NCBI GenBank assembly: GCA_965248055.1
Contig: CBDFIJ010000004.1
Coordinates: 1,696,001 to 1,760,000, forward strand
Source of the DNA: Candidatus Multivoradales bacterium
Lineage (GTDB): Bacteria; Acidobacteriota; Thermoanaerobaculia; Multivoradales; JAHEKO01
Direction: 5' to 3'
DNA: 64,000 bases
Shown here: positions 1 to 9,243 of the stretch, one piece after another
Position numbering within the stretch: the stretch's first letter is position 1
Layout: every line of letters begins with the position of its first letter
Notes under the pieces: model-generated
The model's input: only the letters and a program-made list of their open reading frames with translations
What the model was told of the DNA's origin: nothing
Databases searched by the model: none
Translations under genes and position numbers: made by a program

Positions 1-329
1 CGCGCGACCGCGAGGTTGGCGTAGGTCAAGATGCCGACCGGAATCTCGGAGTGCCGTTGGCGGAAACGCGTCAATTGATCGAGGCAGTTCGAAACAGTGG
101 CTCCGGCCTCCAAGGCCCGGACTCCCGCTCTCTGAATCACCGGACCGTCGGCAATTGGATCGGAATGCGGGATACCCAGTTCCAGAGCGTCGGCTCCGCC
201 TTCGACCAAGGCGTCCAAGATGTGGTCAGAAGTTGGGCGATCGGGATCGCCCAAAACCACAAAAGGAACAAAGGCTCCCCTCCCTTGTTCGCTACAACGG
301 GTAAACAAATCAGCATAACGGTCGGTCAT
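1..329 (-). CDS. trpA: Tryptophan synthase alpha subunit (5' part; runs off window)
   Basis: Manual translation MTDRYADLF...[11 protein letters not shown]...[21 protein letters not shown]; ATGA overlap with the trpB stop. Confidence 0.95.
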   Translation of the reverse strand, partial: MTDRYADLFTRCSEQGRGAFVPFVVLGDPDRPTSDHILDALVEGGADALELGIPHSDPIADGPVIQRAGVRALEAGATVSNCLDQLTRFRQRHSEIPVGILTYANLAVA

Positions 330-1513
330 GCTTGCGCCTCCCCCTCAGCAAGCGCCATGGCGCTAGGAACATCTTTATCGCCCCGGCCGGAGAGGTTGAC
401 CAGCAAATTGGCCTGACGATCTTCCGACCGCAACCGCTGGGCTTCTTGGGTTGCGAACGCCAGCGCGTGGGCCGATTCAAACGCGGGAATGATCCCCTCT
501 GACCGGGCTAGCAGATGAAACGCCTCGAGCGCTTGAGCATCAGTCGCTTCCACGTAGCGCGCGCGGCCGCTATCTTTGAGATCGGCGTGCTGCGGGCCGA
601 CCCCTGGATAGTCGAGGCCGGCCGACACCGAATGGCTCTCTGATATCTGTCCATCCTGGTCGTGTAACAAATAGCTAAACGCGCCGTGCAACACACCTGG
701 TCTGCCCCGGCTCAAGGTGGCACCGTGCTGTTCACCCATCCCCCCCGGTTCAACACCCACTAGCTGGACTTCGTCCTCCAGAAAGGCCTGGAAGATACCG
801 ATTGCATTAGAGCCTCCGCCAACGCAAGCGATCACCTGATCCGGCAGTCTTTCGGTTGCCGCCAAGATCTGAGCGCGCGCTTCCTCGCCAATCACCTTCT
901 GAAAATCAGCCACCATACTCGGATAGGGGTGCGGTCCGGCGGCGGTTCCCAAGAGATAGTGGCTCCCGTCATAGGAAGCAGACCAGTCGCGCAACGCTTC
1001 GTTGATAGCGTCCTTCAAGGTACCGCTGCCGCTATCCACTGGCACCACTTGGGCTCCCATCAAGCGCATCCGGTAGACGTTGGGCTGTTGGCGTTCAATG
1101 TCCTTGGACCCCATGTAGACCACCGTCTCAAGTTGCAGCAGAGCGCCGACTAGGGCACAAGCCACTCCGTGCTGACCGGCCCCGGTTTCGGCGATTACCC
1201 GGCGCTTGCCCATGCGCCGAGCGAGCAGTCCCTGCGCAAGCACTTGGTTGGTCTTGTGGGCGCCGCCGTGCAGCAGATCTTCGCGCTTGAGATAGATCTC
1301 GACCCCAGCACTCGACAAGTTGGCACAGCGGGTCAAGGGGGTTGGCCGTCCGGCGTAGTCGGTCAACAGCCGGCTGAGTTCAGCCTGGAATCCGGAATCG
1401 CGTCGGGCTGACAACCAAGCCTGTTCCAGTTGATCCAGAGCGGGCATCAAAATCTGTGGCACAAACTGGCCGCCGAACTCCCCGAATCGCGATGGGATGT
1501 GTGCGGCGCTCAT
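326..1513 (-). CDS. trpB: Tryptophan synthase beta subunit
   Basis: [15 protein letters not shown] (PLP Lys), [35 protein letters not shown]. Confidence 0.98.
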   Translation of the reverse strand: MSAAHIPSRFGEFGGQFVPQILMPALDQLEQAWLSARRDSGFQAELSRLLTDYAGRPTPLTRCANLSSAGVEIYLKREDLLHGGAHKTNQVLAQGLLARRMGKRRVIAETGAGQHGVACALVGALLQLETVVYMGSKDIERQQPNVYRMRLMGAQVVPVDSGSGTLKDAINEALRDWSASYDGSHYLLGTAAGPHPYPSMVADFQKVIGEEARAQILAATERLPDQVIACVGGGSNAIGIFQAFLEDEVQLVGVEPGGMGEQHGATLSRGRPGVLHGAFSYLLHDQDGQISESHSVSAGLDYPGVGPQHADLKDSGRARYVEATDAQALEAFHLLARSEGIIPAFESAHALAFATQEAQRLRSEDRQANLLVNLSGRGDKDVPSAMALAEGEAQA

Positions 1514-2955
1514 ACAGAAAGTCCCTCTTGAGTTTGGATATCAGAACGACAAGGCCGTCGTAGGGCTTGGTGCAAAGAACGAATCGCTTGAGGGTCTTTG
1601 ATCCCCGGCTGTGTTTCAAGACTTGAACTGAGATCAATGCCGTAGGGACCCCGATCCAGAATTGCTCTGGCGTTGCCCGCACCGATACCCCCAGCCACCA
1701 GGGTTTGGTCGAACCCTGGCAACTCCGCAACACCTTTGATGTCAAAGGCAACACCGGTTCCGCCGCTGCGGCCATTGACTTGCGCGTCCAGAACCAGTCG
1801 ATCGGCCATAGTCCTAGGTATTACCGTCAGTTGCTGATCCTCTTTGACACCAACTACCGACCAGATTTCAACTCCCGGCAATTGGCTACGCATCGAGTCG
1901 ATCTCACTCGCCGATAGCTTGTGGTGGATCTGAACTGTCTCAGCCCGCGCTAGCTGGGCTAGCCGGATGATCTCGTCAAGTGGTTGAGATCGGAACACCG
2001 CCACCGGATCTAGGCCGGTCTGCTCAGCGATCTCTCGGGCCCGTTGGACAGTGGTGCAACGCGGCGAGTTGGCAGCCAATACCGCACCCAGGCGCCACGC
2101 CCCAGCCTTGGTGGCGGTGATCGCGTCTTCGACGCGGGTCAATCCGCAGACCTTGAATCGCCCCGAGATCAGAGCGCAGGCGGCGCCACGCAAGTCATCT
2201 TCCATCATCAAAGAGCTGCCGACTAAGAACGCATCGACGCTCGAAGCCAGCCGCTCGACGTCGTTCACCGAACCGATGCCCGATTCAGTGATCAACACCC
2301 GGTCCGCAGGCACCTGGGAGGCCAGGCGCTCGGTGGTGGTGAGGTCGACATCCAGGGTCGCCAGATCACGGTTGTTGATGCCGATGATCGGTGCTTCTAG
2401 AGCCAAGGCTCGGTCGAGTTCGGTCTGATCGTGGACCTCCACTAGTGCGTCGAGGCCTAGCTCGCCGCACATTTCAAGACAGCGTGCAGCCTCGGAGTCA
2501 GCCAAAACGGAAAGCATTAATAGCACTGCGTCGGCGCCGTAAAGTCGCGCTTCAACCACTTGGTAAGGGTCGAGCAGGAAGTCCTTTTGCAACACTGGAC
2601 CCTCGAAAATCGACCGTACTCGTCCAATGTCTTCCGGACAACCGCCGAAGAAATTCGGCTCGGTCAGAACACTCACAGCGTCTGCCGTTCCACGGTAGGC
2701 CAAGGCAATGTCTTCGGGAGTGGCATCGGGACGCAGGTCACCGCGCGAGGGAGAGCGGCGCTTCATCTCCAACACAAAGCGGGCCCCGGATTGGCTCAAC
2801 GTCTTTTGCAAGCTGCGGTTACTCGGTTCGACCGAGTCGAGCATGCCCTCAACGGATTGATTGGCCTTGCGAACCTCCAGCCGTTCCCGACAACTGGCGA
2901 CGATCTCGGCGAGAACCGACTCGTTCTTACGCTTCTTTTGGCCTGGGCTAGGCAT
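1510..2955 (-). CDS. trpCF: Bifunctional indole-3-glycerol-phosphate synthase / PRA isomerase
   Basis: [30 protein letters not shown] (TrpC), then KVCGLTR, GGTG, AGGI, DLSS (TrpF). Confidence 0.95.
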   Translation of the reverse strand: MPSPGQKKRKNESVLAEIVASCRERLEVRKANQSVEGMLDSVEPSNRSLQKTLSQSGARFVLEMKRRSPSRGDLRPDATPEDIALAYRGTADAVSVLTEPNFFGGCPEDIGRVRSIFEGPVLQKDFLLDPYQVVEARLYGADAVLLMLSVLADSEAARCLEMCGELGLDALVEVHDQTELDRALALEAPIIGINNRDLATLDVDLTTTERLASQVPADRVLITESGIGSVNDVERLASSVDAFLVGSSLMMEDDLRGAACALISGRFKVCGLTRVEDAITATKAGAWRLGAVLAANSPRCTTVQRAREIAEQTGLDPVAVFRSQPLDEIIRLAQLARAETVQIHHKLSASEIDSMRSQLPGVEIWSVVGVKEDQQLTVIPRTMADRLVLDAQVNGRSGGTGVAFDIKGVAELPGFDQTLVAGGIGAGNARAILDRGPYGIDLSSSLETQPGIKDPQAIRSLHQALRRPCRSDIQTQEGLSV

Positions 2956-3955
2956 GACTGATCACCGCATATCTTTCGACCACATCCAGCGGAGCGCCGG
3001 ACGCCAGCACCGTCATTGCCTGCGCGGTTCCCTCTGCAAGGGAGGACGCCCGTTCAGCGGTCCACAGCAGAGCCCCGGCATTGAGCGCTACCGCTGCGGT
3101 CTCCACCTCTGAGCCCTGGCCGCTGAGAATAGCTTTGAGCCGTCGCGCATTGGCGTTCGCGCCACCGCCTTCGAGTGCGCTGAGAGGCGCGCTCGGCAAC
3201 CCGGCGTCAGCGGGACTGAGCGTCATCGGCGCCAAATCTCCATCGACAATACGCACCGCCTGCGTCGGGCCGTGCAGAGCGATCTCATCGATGCCGCTGC
3301 CGTGAACCACCAAGCCTCGCTCTATACCTAAAGCCACTAAGGCCTCCGCCACCAAAAGAAGAATGCCAGGATCATAGACGCCTACCAGCAGGGTTGACGG
3401 CTGGGCAGGATTAACCAGTGGCCCAAGCAAATTCATTACGGTACGTACCCCGAGAGCAGTGCGCACCGGCATCGCGTGCTTGAGACCCGCGTGGTAACTC
3501 GGAGCGAAGAAAAAGCAAAACCCGGTTTCATCCAAGCCTCGACGGGCGACATCAGGAGTTGGGTCGACGCGCACGCCAAGCGCTTCCAAGACATCCGCAG
3601 AACCGCATTTCGAGGAAATCGATCGATTGCCGTGTTTGGCGATCGGTAGTCCGGCGGCAGCGACCGTTAAAGCGGCGGCGGTGGAGATGTTGATAGTTCC
3701 GGCGCCGTCACCACCGGTACCGACCAAATCGGCAAACGGGTAATCCGGCCGTGGAAACGGCTTGGCGTTGGCGACCAGTGCCCGAGCCGCACCGGCGATC
3801 TCTGCAGCGGTCTCGCCTTTGGTACGCAGGGCGGCTAGAAAAGCCGACAGTTGAACCGAGTCGAGATTGCCGACTACCAGATCAGCAAAGATAGCCTCAA
3901 CCGTTTCGGCGTTCAGGTCTTGCCTTCGGCACAGTCGATCCAACACATCACGCAT
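2948..3955 (-). CDS. trpD: Anthranilate phosphoribosyltransferase
   Basis: DLVGTGGDG, NISTA, KHGNRSISSKCGSADVLEALG, NLLGPLVNP. Confidence 0.97.
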   Translation of the reverse strand: MRDVLDRLCRRQDLNAETVEAIFADLVVGNLDSVQLSAFLAALRTKGETAAEIAGAARALVANAKPFPRPDYPFADLVGTGGDGAGTINISTAAALTVAAAGLPIAKHGNRSISSKCGSADVLEALGVRVDPTPDVARRGLDETGFCFFFAPSYHAGLKHAMPVRTALGVRTVMNLLGPLVNPAQPSTLLVGVYDPGILLLVAEALVALGIERGLVVHGSGIDEIALHGPTQAVRIVDGDLAPMTLSPADAGLPSAPLSALEGGGANANARRLKAILSGQGSEVETAAVALNAGALLWTAERASSLAEGTAQAMTVLASGAPLDVVERYAVISHA

Positions 3956-4541
3956 CGTAGAACCTCCGACTCAGGTCCAGACTGTTGGCGAGAATCGCAT
4001 CACCATACGGCGTCAGAATTGACTCCGGGTGAAACTGCAGACCCATCTGGCCGGTCTCCTTTTTTGAGGCTGCCATCACCATACCGTCGAGTTGAGCGTG
4101 AACTTGAAACGAACTCGGCAGCGAGGCGATGCACAAGCTGTGATAGCGACCGACCCGGATGGTCGAGGGCAGGCCGACCAACAGCCCTTCGCCATCGTGA
4201 TCGAGATAGGAAGCCTGTCCATGGACCGGCTGTGGTGCTGGAACCACCGGAACTCCAGAAACCTGACCGATGGTCTGTAAGCCCAGACAAACACCCAAGA
4301 TCGGTACTTTTCCCGCCGCGATCGCAGTCAGTTCCAAACAACAACCCGCGTCGTCCGGCCTCCCCGGTCCGGGAGAAAGCACAATCAGCGCTTGTTCACG
4401 AACCGCCAATTCCACCAAATGAGTGACTGAAGTGCAGTTACGGTAGGCAGACACTGGGCAACCCAGACGCCGAAAGCTGTCGACTAAATTGAAGGTGAAC
4501 GAGTCTCGATTGTCCACCAGAATCACCGGCATTGCTTTCAT
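3948..4541 (-). CDS. trpG: Anthranilate synthase glutamine amidotransferase subunit
   Basis: DNRDSFTFNL, LSPGPG, LGVCLG, RYHSL, QFHPES. Confidence 0.95.
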   Translation of the reverse strand: MKAMPVILVDNRDSFTFNLVDSFRRLGCPVSAYRNCTSVTHLVELAVREQALIVLSPGPGRPDDAGCCLELTAIAAGKVPILGVCLGLQTIGQVSGVPVVPAPQPVHGQASYLDHDGEGLLVGLPSTIRVGRYHSLCIASLPSSFQVHAQLDGMVMAASKKETGQMGLQFHPESILTPYGDAILANSLDLSRRFYDA

Positions 4542-6109
4542 AAAGCCGTCTCCGTCTTGCCGGGACGCAGCGCCAGAAGCACCGCCTCGGCTTTGCGGCG
4601 GGTCTCTTCCGCCTCCGACTGGGGGTCTGAGTCGCGCACCACTCCAGCCCCAGCTCGCACCTGAGCAACCCCATCTTTGACCTGAGCCGAACGGATTACT
4701 ATCGCGCTGTCAAAAACCGTCTGTGGACCGCCATCTCCCAGCAGGTACGCCACCGCGCCTCCATAGGGGCCCCTCGGTGTCGCTTCCAATTGAGCAATTA
4801 GCTCGGTCGCCCGCAGCTTGGGCGCCCCAGTCAAAGTCCCCATGTTCATGCAGGCTTGATAGGCATACAGAGCGTCAAGGCTGGGGCGCAGGTGACCCCG
4901 CACCTCCGACACCAAGTGGGACACGTGGGAATAGTGTTCGAGAGCCAAGAGGCGGGTGACCCGGCGGCTTCCCGCCTGACACACCCGCGCCACATCGTTG
5001 CGCGCCAGATCCACCAACATCATGTGTTCCGCCTGCTCTTTGCTGTCGAGCACCAACTCCGCGCTCAAGCGGTTGTCCAGATCGGCGATCAGCTCACCAT
5101 CCTGGTCACGACCGCGCGGTCGGGTTCCGGCGATCGGCCGCAGTGTGAGTTCGGGACCATCGGCAGAGGGAGTCACTTTGACGCAAGTTTCTGGCGAGGC
5201 GCCAAACAACACTTCCTGTTCGGAGCGCACAAAGAACTGGTAGGGACTGGGGTTGAGTCGGCGTAACCGTTGATAGGCGGAAAAGGAATCGCAGCACGGC
5301 ATAGTGAAACTGCGCGATGGCACCACTTGAAAAACTTCGCCTCGCTCGATCTCATGGCTGCACTGGCGCACCACTTGGGCAAAGGCCTGATCGTCAAGGT
5401 CAACCGCGACCTCGCCCTCCGCACTAGGTTTCTCAAACTCCGAGGGTTCCTCAAAATCCACCGGAGGACTGCCGCTGACAAACCCAAGCACCTTGGCCTC
5501 CAAGCTACGATCAGCGTCCTCCAGATCCACCACTTGCGTCCGACCAGAACTGTGATCGATGCGCACAAAGCGCTCCGCCAGTAGGAACTCAGCCCGGGCA
5601 GCATCGAGGTCCATCCCAGGAATGTCTTCAAAGGCGCCGATCAACTCAAAATTGAGAATACCGACCAAAAGTCGCTGATCGGCTGGCACCGGTTCCAGAA
5701 CACGCAGCAGGCAACGAGGTACGTCCAAAGGGCTGGGCTCGGTCAGTCGCTCCAAGTCTTCCAAATAGGGGTCGGGGTCGGGAAATCGCAAGGAGACGCG
5801 ATCTTCTCCGGTATCCTCGACAAAAGGTCGCAACGGCGATTCTTCGACCATCCTTCGACACAGCTCGCGGCCCAAAGCGGTGAGTGGAGAAATTTCTGCC
5901 GACCGATTGTGGATCTGAATACGCAAAGCTGCGCGTTCCAGAATCAAGCTCTGCCCCGGCTGCCCTTCAGTGCCATCACCCGACTCCAGCAGTGCCGTGT
6001 GGGGTCGATCTTCAGTCAAGAATTGATACAACCCACACGGCTCCGGGTTCACGTTGAGCTGGTAGCCGGACTTCCGTCCGTGGCTACTTCTGGAGCTACC
6101 GAGGCTCAC
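4538..6109 (-). CDS. trpE: Anthranilate synthase component I
   Basis: LLESG, FQVVPSR, NPSPY, GASPE, PIAGTRPRG, EHMMLVDLARND, GTLTGAPK. Confidence 0.95.
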   Translation of the reverse strand: MSLGSSRSSHGRKSGYQLNVNPEPCGLYQFLTEDRPHTALLESGDGTEGQPGQSLILERAALRIQIHNRSAEISPLTALGRELCRRMVEESPLRPFVEDTGEDRVSLRFPDPDPYLEDLERLTEPSPLDVPRCLLRVLEPVPADQRLLVGILNFELIGAFEDIPGMDLDAARAEFLLAERFVRIDHSSGRTQVVDLEDADRSLEAKVLGFVSGSPPVDFEEPSEFEKPSAEGEVAVDLDDQAFAQVVRQCSHEIERGEVFQVVPSRSFTMPCCDSFSAYQRLRRLNPSPYQFFVRSEQEVLFGASPETCVKVTPSADGPELTLRPIAGTRPRGRDQDGELIADLDNRLSAELVLDSKEQAEHMMLVDLARNDVARVCQAGSRRVTRLLALEHYSHVSHLVSEVRGHLRPSLDALYAYQACMNMGTLTGAPKLRATELIAQLEATPRGPYGGAVAYLLGDGGPQTVFDSAIVIRSAQVKDGVAQVRAGAGVVRDSDPQSEAEETRRKAEAVLLALRPGKTETAL

Positions 6110-7122
6110 GCCAGACTCCGTCCCAACCCAGCCAGCAGCGGAGGCAAGGCCTGCATCAGCTCCACGAATTGGTCAGGATAAAGAGATTGTTTGCCATCGG
6201 AGAGCGCTTCCCCGGGATCTCGATGGACCTCCACCACGATGCCGTCAGCACCCACAGCAGCAGCTCCCAATGTAGTAGGAATCACCAGCTCGCGCAGCCC
6301 GGTTCCGTGGGAGGGATCGACCACCACCGGCAGATGAGTGCGTTGTTTGAGGTAGGGCACTGCCGCCAAGTCGAGGGTGTTACGCGTTGCGGTCTCGAAA
6401 GTACGAATACCCCGCTCGCACAGAACGACTTGCGAGTTGCCCTCACTCACCACGTACTCGGCGGCGAGCAGAAGGTCGTCCAGTTTGGCTGCCATGCCGC
6501 GCTTCAGAATCACCGGCTTCTTGCTTCGCCCAACAGCCTTCAGTAGGCGAAAGTTCTGCATATTGCGAGCACCAATTTGAAAGCAGTCGGCATAGCGCTC
6601 CACTTCTTCAACGTCCTGCACCTCGACCACCTCGGTCACGGTTGGCAGATTAGTTTTCTGGGAGACCTGCTGCAAGATCTCCAGACCTTCGGTTCCCAAT
6701 CCCTGAAAACTGTAGGGGCTGGTGCGCGGCTTGAAAGCACCTCCGCGCAGCAAATGACCGCCACCGTCTCGAACCGCTTCTGCGGTGTCCTGGAGTTGGT
6801 CCAGACTCTCAATTGCACACGGACCGGCCACCACAACAAATGATCCACCGCCGATTTTGACCCCACCAATATCCACCGTTGAATCGGCTTGGTGGGCTTC
6901 ACGGCTAACCAACTGATAAGGGGCGAGAACCCGTTTGACCTCTTCGACCTCGGGGTGGCTCTCCAGGTGCAGACGCTCAAGCACCCGCTCGTCGCCCAGC
7001 GCACCAAGGACAACCCGTTCAGCGCCAGGCATGTGTAACGGGCGGCAACCCTCAGCCTCAATCTTGGCCATCAGCTCAGCCGCCACTTCCGGTGTGGCGT
7101 TGGGTTTGAGAATAATAATCAC
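6106..7122 (-). CDS. aroF: DAHP synthase, class I-beta with N-terminal regulatory domain
   Basis: AGPCAIES, RGGAFKPRTSPYSFQG, QIGARNMQN, LCERGIRTFE, DPSHGTG. Confidence 0.95.
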   Translation of the reverse strand: MIIILKPNATPEVAAELMAKIEAEGCRPLHMPGAERVVLGALGDERVLERLHLESHPEVEEVKRVLAPYQLVSREAHQADSTVDIGGVKIGGGSFVVVAGPCAIESLDQLQDTAEAVRDGGGHLLRGGAFKPRTSPYSFQGLGTEGLEILQQVSQKTNLPTVTEVVEVQDVEEVERYADCFQIGARNMQNFRLLKAVGRSKKPVILKRGMAAKLDDLLLAAEYVVSEGNSQVVLCERGIRTFETATRNTLDLAAVPYLKQRTHLPVVVDPSHGTGLRELVIPTTLGAAAVGADGIVVEVHRDPGEALSDGKQSLYPDQFVELMQALPPLLAGLGRSLA

Positions 7123-7170
7123 GTTCGAACTCCTTTTTCAAAAAGAGCCCGAAACCTGGCGAGCAACAAC

Positions 7171-7197
7171 AAAAAAGCCCGCCGGGTTGGCGGGCTC
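7171..7197 (-). terminator. Attenuator terminator of the aroF-trp operon
   Basis: Minus strand GAGCCCGCC-aaccc-GGCGGGCT-TTTTT between the leader ORF and aroF; GCGGGC inside the leader can pair with the 5' arm (antiterminator). Confidence 0.85.
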
Positions 7198-7222
7198 GGG
7201 TGGTCTGAGTATTTCTAAAAAA

Positions 7223-7300
7223 CTACGACAGCCAGCGGCCCGCGTTGGAGGGCCACCACCAAGATCCAGAAATTGCGAGTTGGATGGATGCGGTCGTCAT
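7223..7300 (-). CDS. trpL: trp operon leader peptide MTTASIQLAISGSWWWPSNAGRWLS (possibly starting at 7312 with MRLL)
   Basis: Three tandem TGG codons plus a fourth Trp codon, directly upstream of the terminator hairpin; below the ORF-track size cutoff. Confidence 0.88.
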   Translation of the reverse strand: MTTASIQLAISGSWWWPSNAGRWLS

Positions 7301-7310
7301 TAGAAGGCGC

Positions 7311-7339
7311 ATGCTAGACCATCTTTGATGGGGACACAA
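7311..7339 (-). promoter_or_regulatory. Putative sigma70 promoter of trpL
   Basis: Minus strand TTGTGT-N17-TAGCAT; the spacer contains palindrome CCATC-AAA-GATGG. Confidence 0.45.
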
Positions 7340-7357
7340 ACAAAGTATTGTGTCCCC
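7315..7357. repeat. Palindromic repeat, copy 1 (GGGGACACAA-ACAAAGTA-TTGTGTCCCC, REP-like)
   Basis: 26-nt core identical to 8131-8156; the preceding 15 nt are also similar. Confidence 0.85.
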
Positions 7358-7363
7358 CCTCCT

Positions 7364-8068
7364 CTATGGATGGCTATTCGACAGTAGACGGAAGCCATAG
7401 TCGTTGTAGCGCCGGTCGGGAGGAATCGAGGAACGGTGAGTGCAGGTTGAAACCGGCACTGCGTGACGCCAAGCACCTCCGCGCGACGCGCGGCGGCGAC
7501 CCTCGGAAGGGCCCTGCGGATTGTCGACTGGAGAAACCGCGTAGTAGCCAGCGTCAAACCAATCAGCACACCACTCGTGTACATTCTCGCCCAGACCCAA
7601 GAAACCCCAGGGATGTAGCGACGGATAGGCGTCCACGGGTTCGGGCCCGTCCTGCCAGCGTTGGTCGTAGTCGGGCAGGGCTTCCTCCGGCGACATGTCA
7701 CCCCATGGATAAAGGACATCGCGGTCGCCGCGAGCTGCCCGCTCCCATTGCGCCTCGGTCGGCAACCCCACCGGCTCGTTCCAGAGCTCACCTATCCAGG
7801 CGCAGAAGGCCATCGAGTCGTGCCAAGAAGGGCCAACTGCTGGCATCTTCGGGTGCCCGAACTTGGTCTCCTGCCAAAACTTCGGTTCCGGGTAACCGGT
7901 GGCATCAAAGAACGCCTGGTACTCCTCTCTGGTCACCGGTGCGCGGGCCAGGCGAAAGGCCGAGACGAAAACCTTGTGGCGGGGATTCTCCGCCGAGCTT
8001 GGCCCACCGCCCATCCAGAACTCGCCGGCGGGAACTTCGATCCAATAATCCTGAACCGCGCTCAACAA
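7364..8068 (-). CDS. Formylglycine-generating enzyme (FGE-sulfatase/SUMF1) family protein
   Basis: VPAGEFWMG, ENPRHKV, PVTREEY, LPTEAQWERAARG, GENVHEWCADW, RGGAW, YGFRL. Confidence 0.9.
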   Translation of the reverse strand: MLSAVQDYWIEVPAGEFWMGGGPSSAENPRHKVFVSAFRLARAPVTREEYQAFFDATGYPEPKFWQETKFGHPKMPAVGPSWHDSMAFCAWIGELWNEPVGLPTEAQWERAARGDRDVLYPWGDMSPEEALPDYDQRWQDGPEPVDAYPSLHPWGFLGLGENVHEWCADWFDAGYYAVSPVDNPQGPSEGRRRASRGGAWRHAVPVSTCTHRSSIPPDRRYNDYGFRLLSNSHP

Positions 8069-8115
8069 TCTGCTACCTCGTCCGCCTAGGTTGTCTGTAT
8101 CTCATGCGCAGCAAT

Positions 8116-8156
8116 TAGAACATCTTCATTGGGGACACAAACAAAGTATTGTGTCC
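8116..8156. repeat. Palindromic repeat, copy 2
   Basis: tagaacatcttcattggggacacaaacaaagtattgtgtcc vs tagaccatctttgatggggacacaaacaaagtattgtgtcc. Confidence 0.85.
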
Positions 8157-8166
8157 ACATCTCACC

Positions 8167-8290
8167 AAAAAGAGCCCGAAACCTGGCGAGCGCAAGAAAC
8201 AAAAATCCCGCCCCGGGGGCGGACTCGGGTGATCTTATGTATTTCTAGATAACTACGATAGCCAACTGCCCGCCTTGCAGACCTCCACTC
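8167..8290 (-). promoter_or_regulatory. Diverged duplicate of the trp attenuator without the WWW sensor
   Basis: Colinear with 7140-7260: 25-nt identical block, terminator TCCGCCC-ccg-GGGCGGG-ATTTTT retained, ORF end KAGSWLS* vs NAGRWLS*. Confidence 0.75.
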
Positions 8291-8486
8291 GTTCATCTCG
8301 CCTGAGAAAATCTCGACAAGTCATCGGCGAGCTAACCCAAATTGCACAGAAGGGATCTTTCATATGACAAGAGGTTTCGCGTGACAGAGAGAATACATGG
8401 CACCCCTGATGAAGCAAGCTCCAATGTGAATCCATTAATGAACGGTAATTGTCAGAAGCCGAAGAAGCGACCGTGAGGGAGGTCCG

Positions 8487-9230
8487 ATGAACCATCGAGA
8501 TATAACGTACGTGATTTTCCTTATTCTCCTCACCCTGGCAGGGCCAGTGCTCGCTGGGATCGTTGTCCAAGACGACAACGGTAACGATGAACAGGAGTCC
8601 CGACAGGGATCTATTCTGATCGCCGAGCCCACTTCAGGGATCGCGGGGAGCGCGGTCCAGTTGCAGGGATCTGGATTCATCAACAACTGCGGGGTCGGGA
8701 TCTATCTGAACACCCTGGATGGCGAACCGTTGGGCTTCGCCACGATGCGTAAGGACGGCGGATTCGTGACCCAGGTGACCATTCCGTCCGAAACACAACC
8801 AGGCAAGTACATGCTAATCGCCCAAGGTCTCGCCGAAGGAGCCAAGCCCTCGCACGAAACGCAGCTCTGTGGAGAACCGTCGAGTGATGTTGCGAGGGCT
8901 GGCTACGACGTAGGGCCCGCGCCGCCGATACTGGAGGTCTCGGCCTATGAAGGCCGTCCGGGAAGGACAGTGACCTTTAAGGGGCGTGGTTTCTGCGCCG
9001 CTACCAGATGCTCACCAGTCGACATCCTGATCGACGGGCTGGTCGTGGCCTTCGACGTCCCAGTCAATCCAGATGGGACGCTCAGCGCAGAAGGGATGGT
9101 GCCTGCGGTCTCCGCTTCGGGAGAAGTAAGGATCGAGGCAATCCAGCAAGGATCGACCGGCGAGCAGATCCGTTCCTTCGGAAGCCTTATCGTCACGGTA
9201 CGGCCCAACGTGCGAACTGGCCCGAACTAG
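8487..9230 (+). CDS. Secreted protein with two Ig/IPT-like repeats
   Basis: Signal peptide; repeated G-x-x-V-x-(L/F)-x-G-x-GF...DG...G-x-(F/L) modules; RBS GGGAGG. Confidence 0.65.
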   Translation: MNHRDITYVIFLILLTLAGPVLAGIVVQDDNGNDEQESRQGSILIAEPTSGIAGSAVQLQGSGFINNCGVGIYLNTLDGEPLGFATMRKDGGFVTQVTIPSETQPGKYMLIAQGLAEGAKPSHETQLCGEPSSDVARAGYDVGPAPPILEVSAYEGRPGRTVTFKGRGFCAATRCSPVDILIDGLVVAFDVPVNPDGTLSAEGMVPAVSASGEVRIEAIQQGSTGEQIRSFGSLIVTVRPNVRTGPN

Positions 9231-9243
9231 AGAGGAGGACGAG

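Noticed and set aside
7123-7320. T-box or TRAP control of the trp operon
   Set aside because: No T-box motif or (G/U)AG repeat series; a Trp-codon leader plus terminator explains the region
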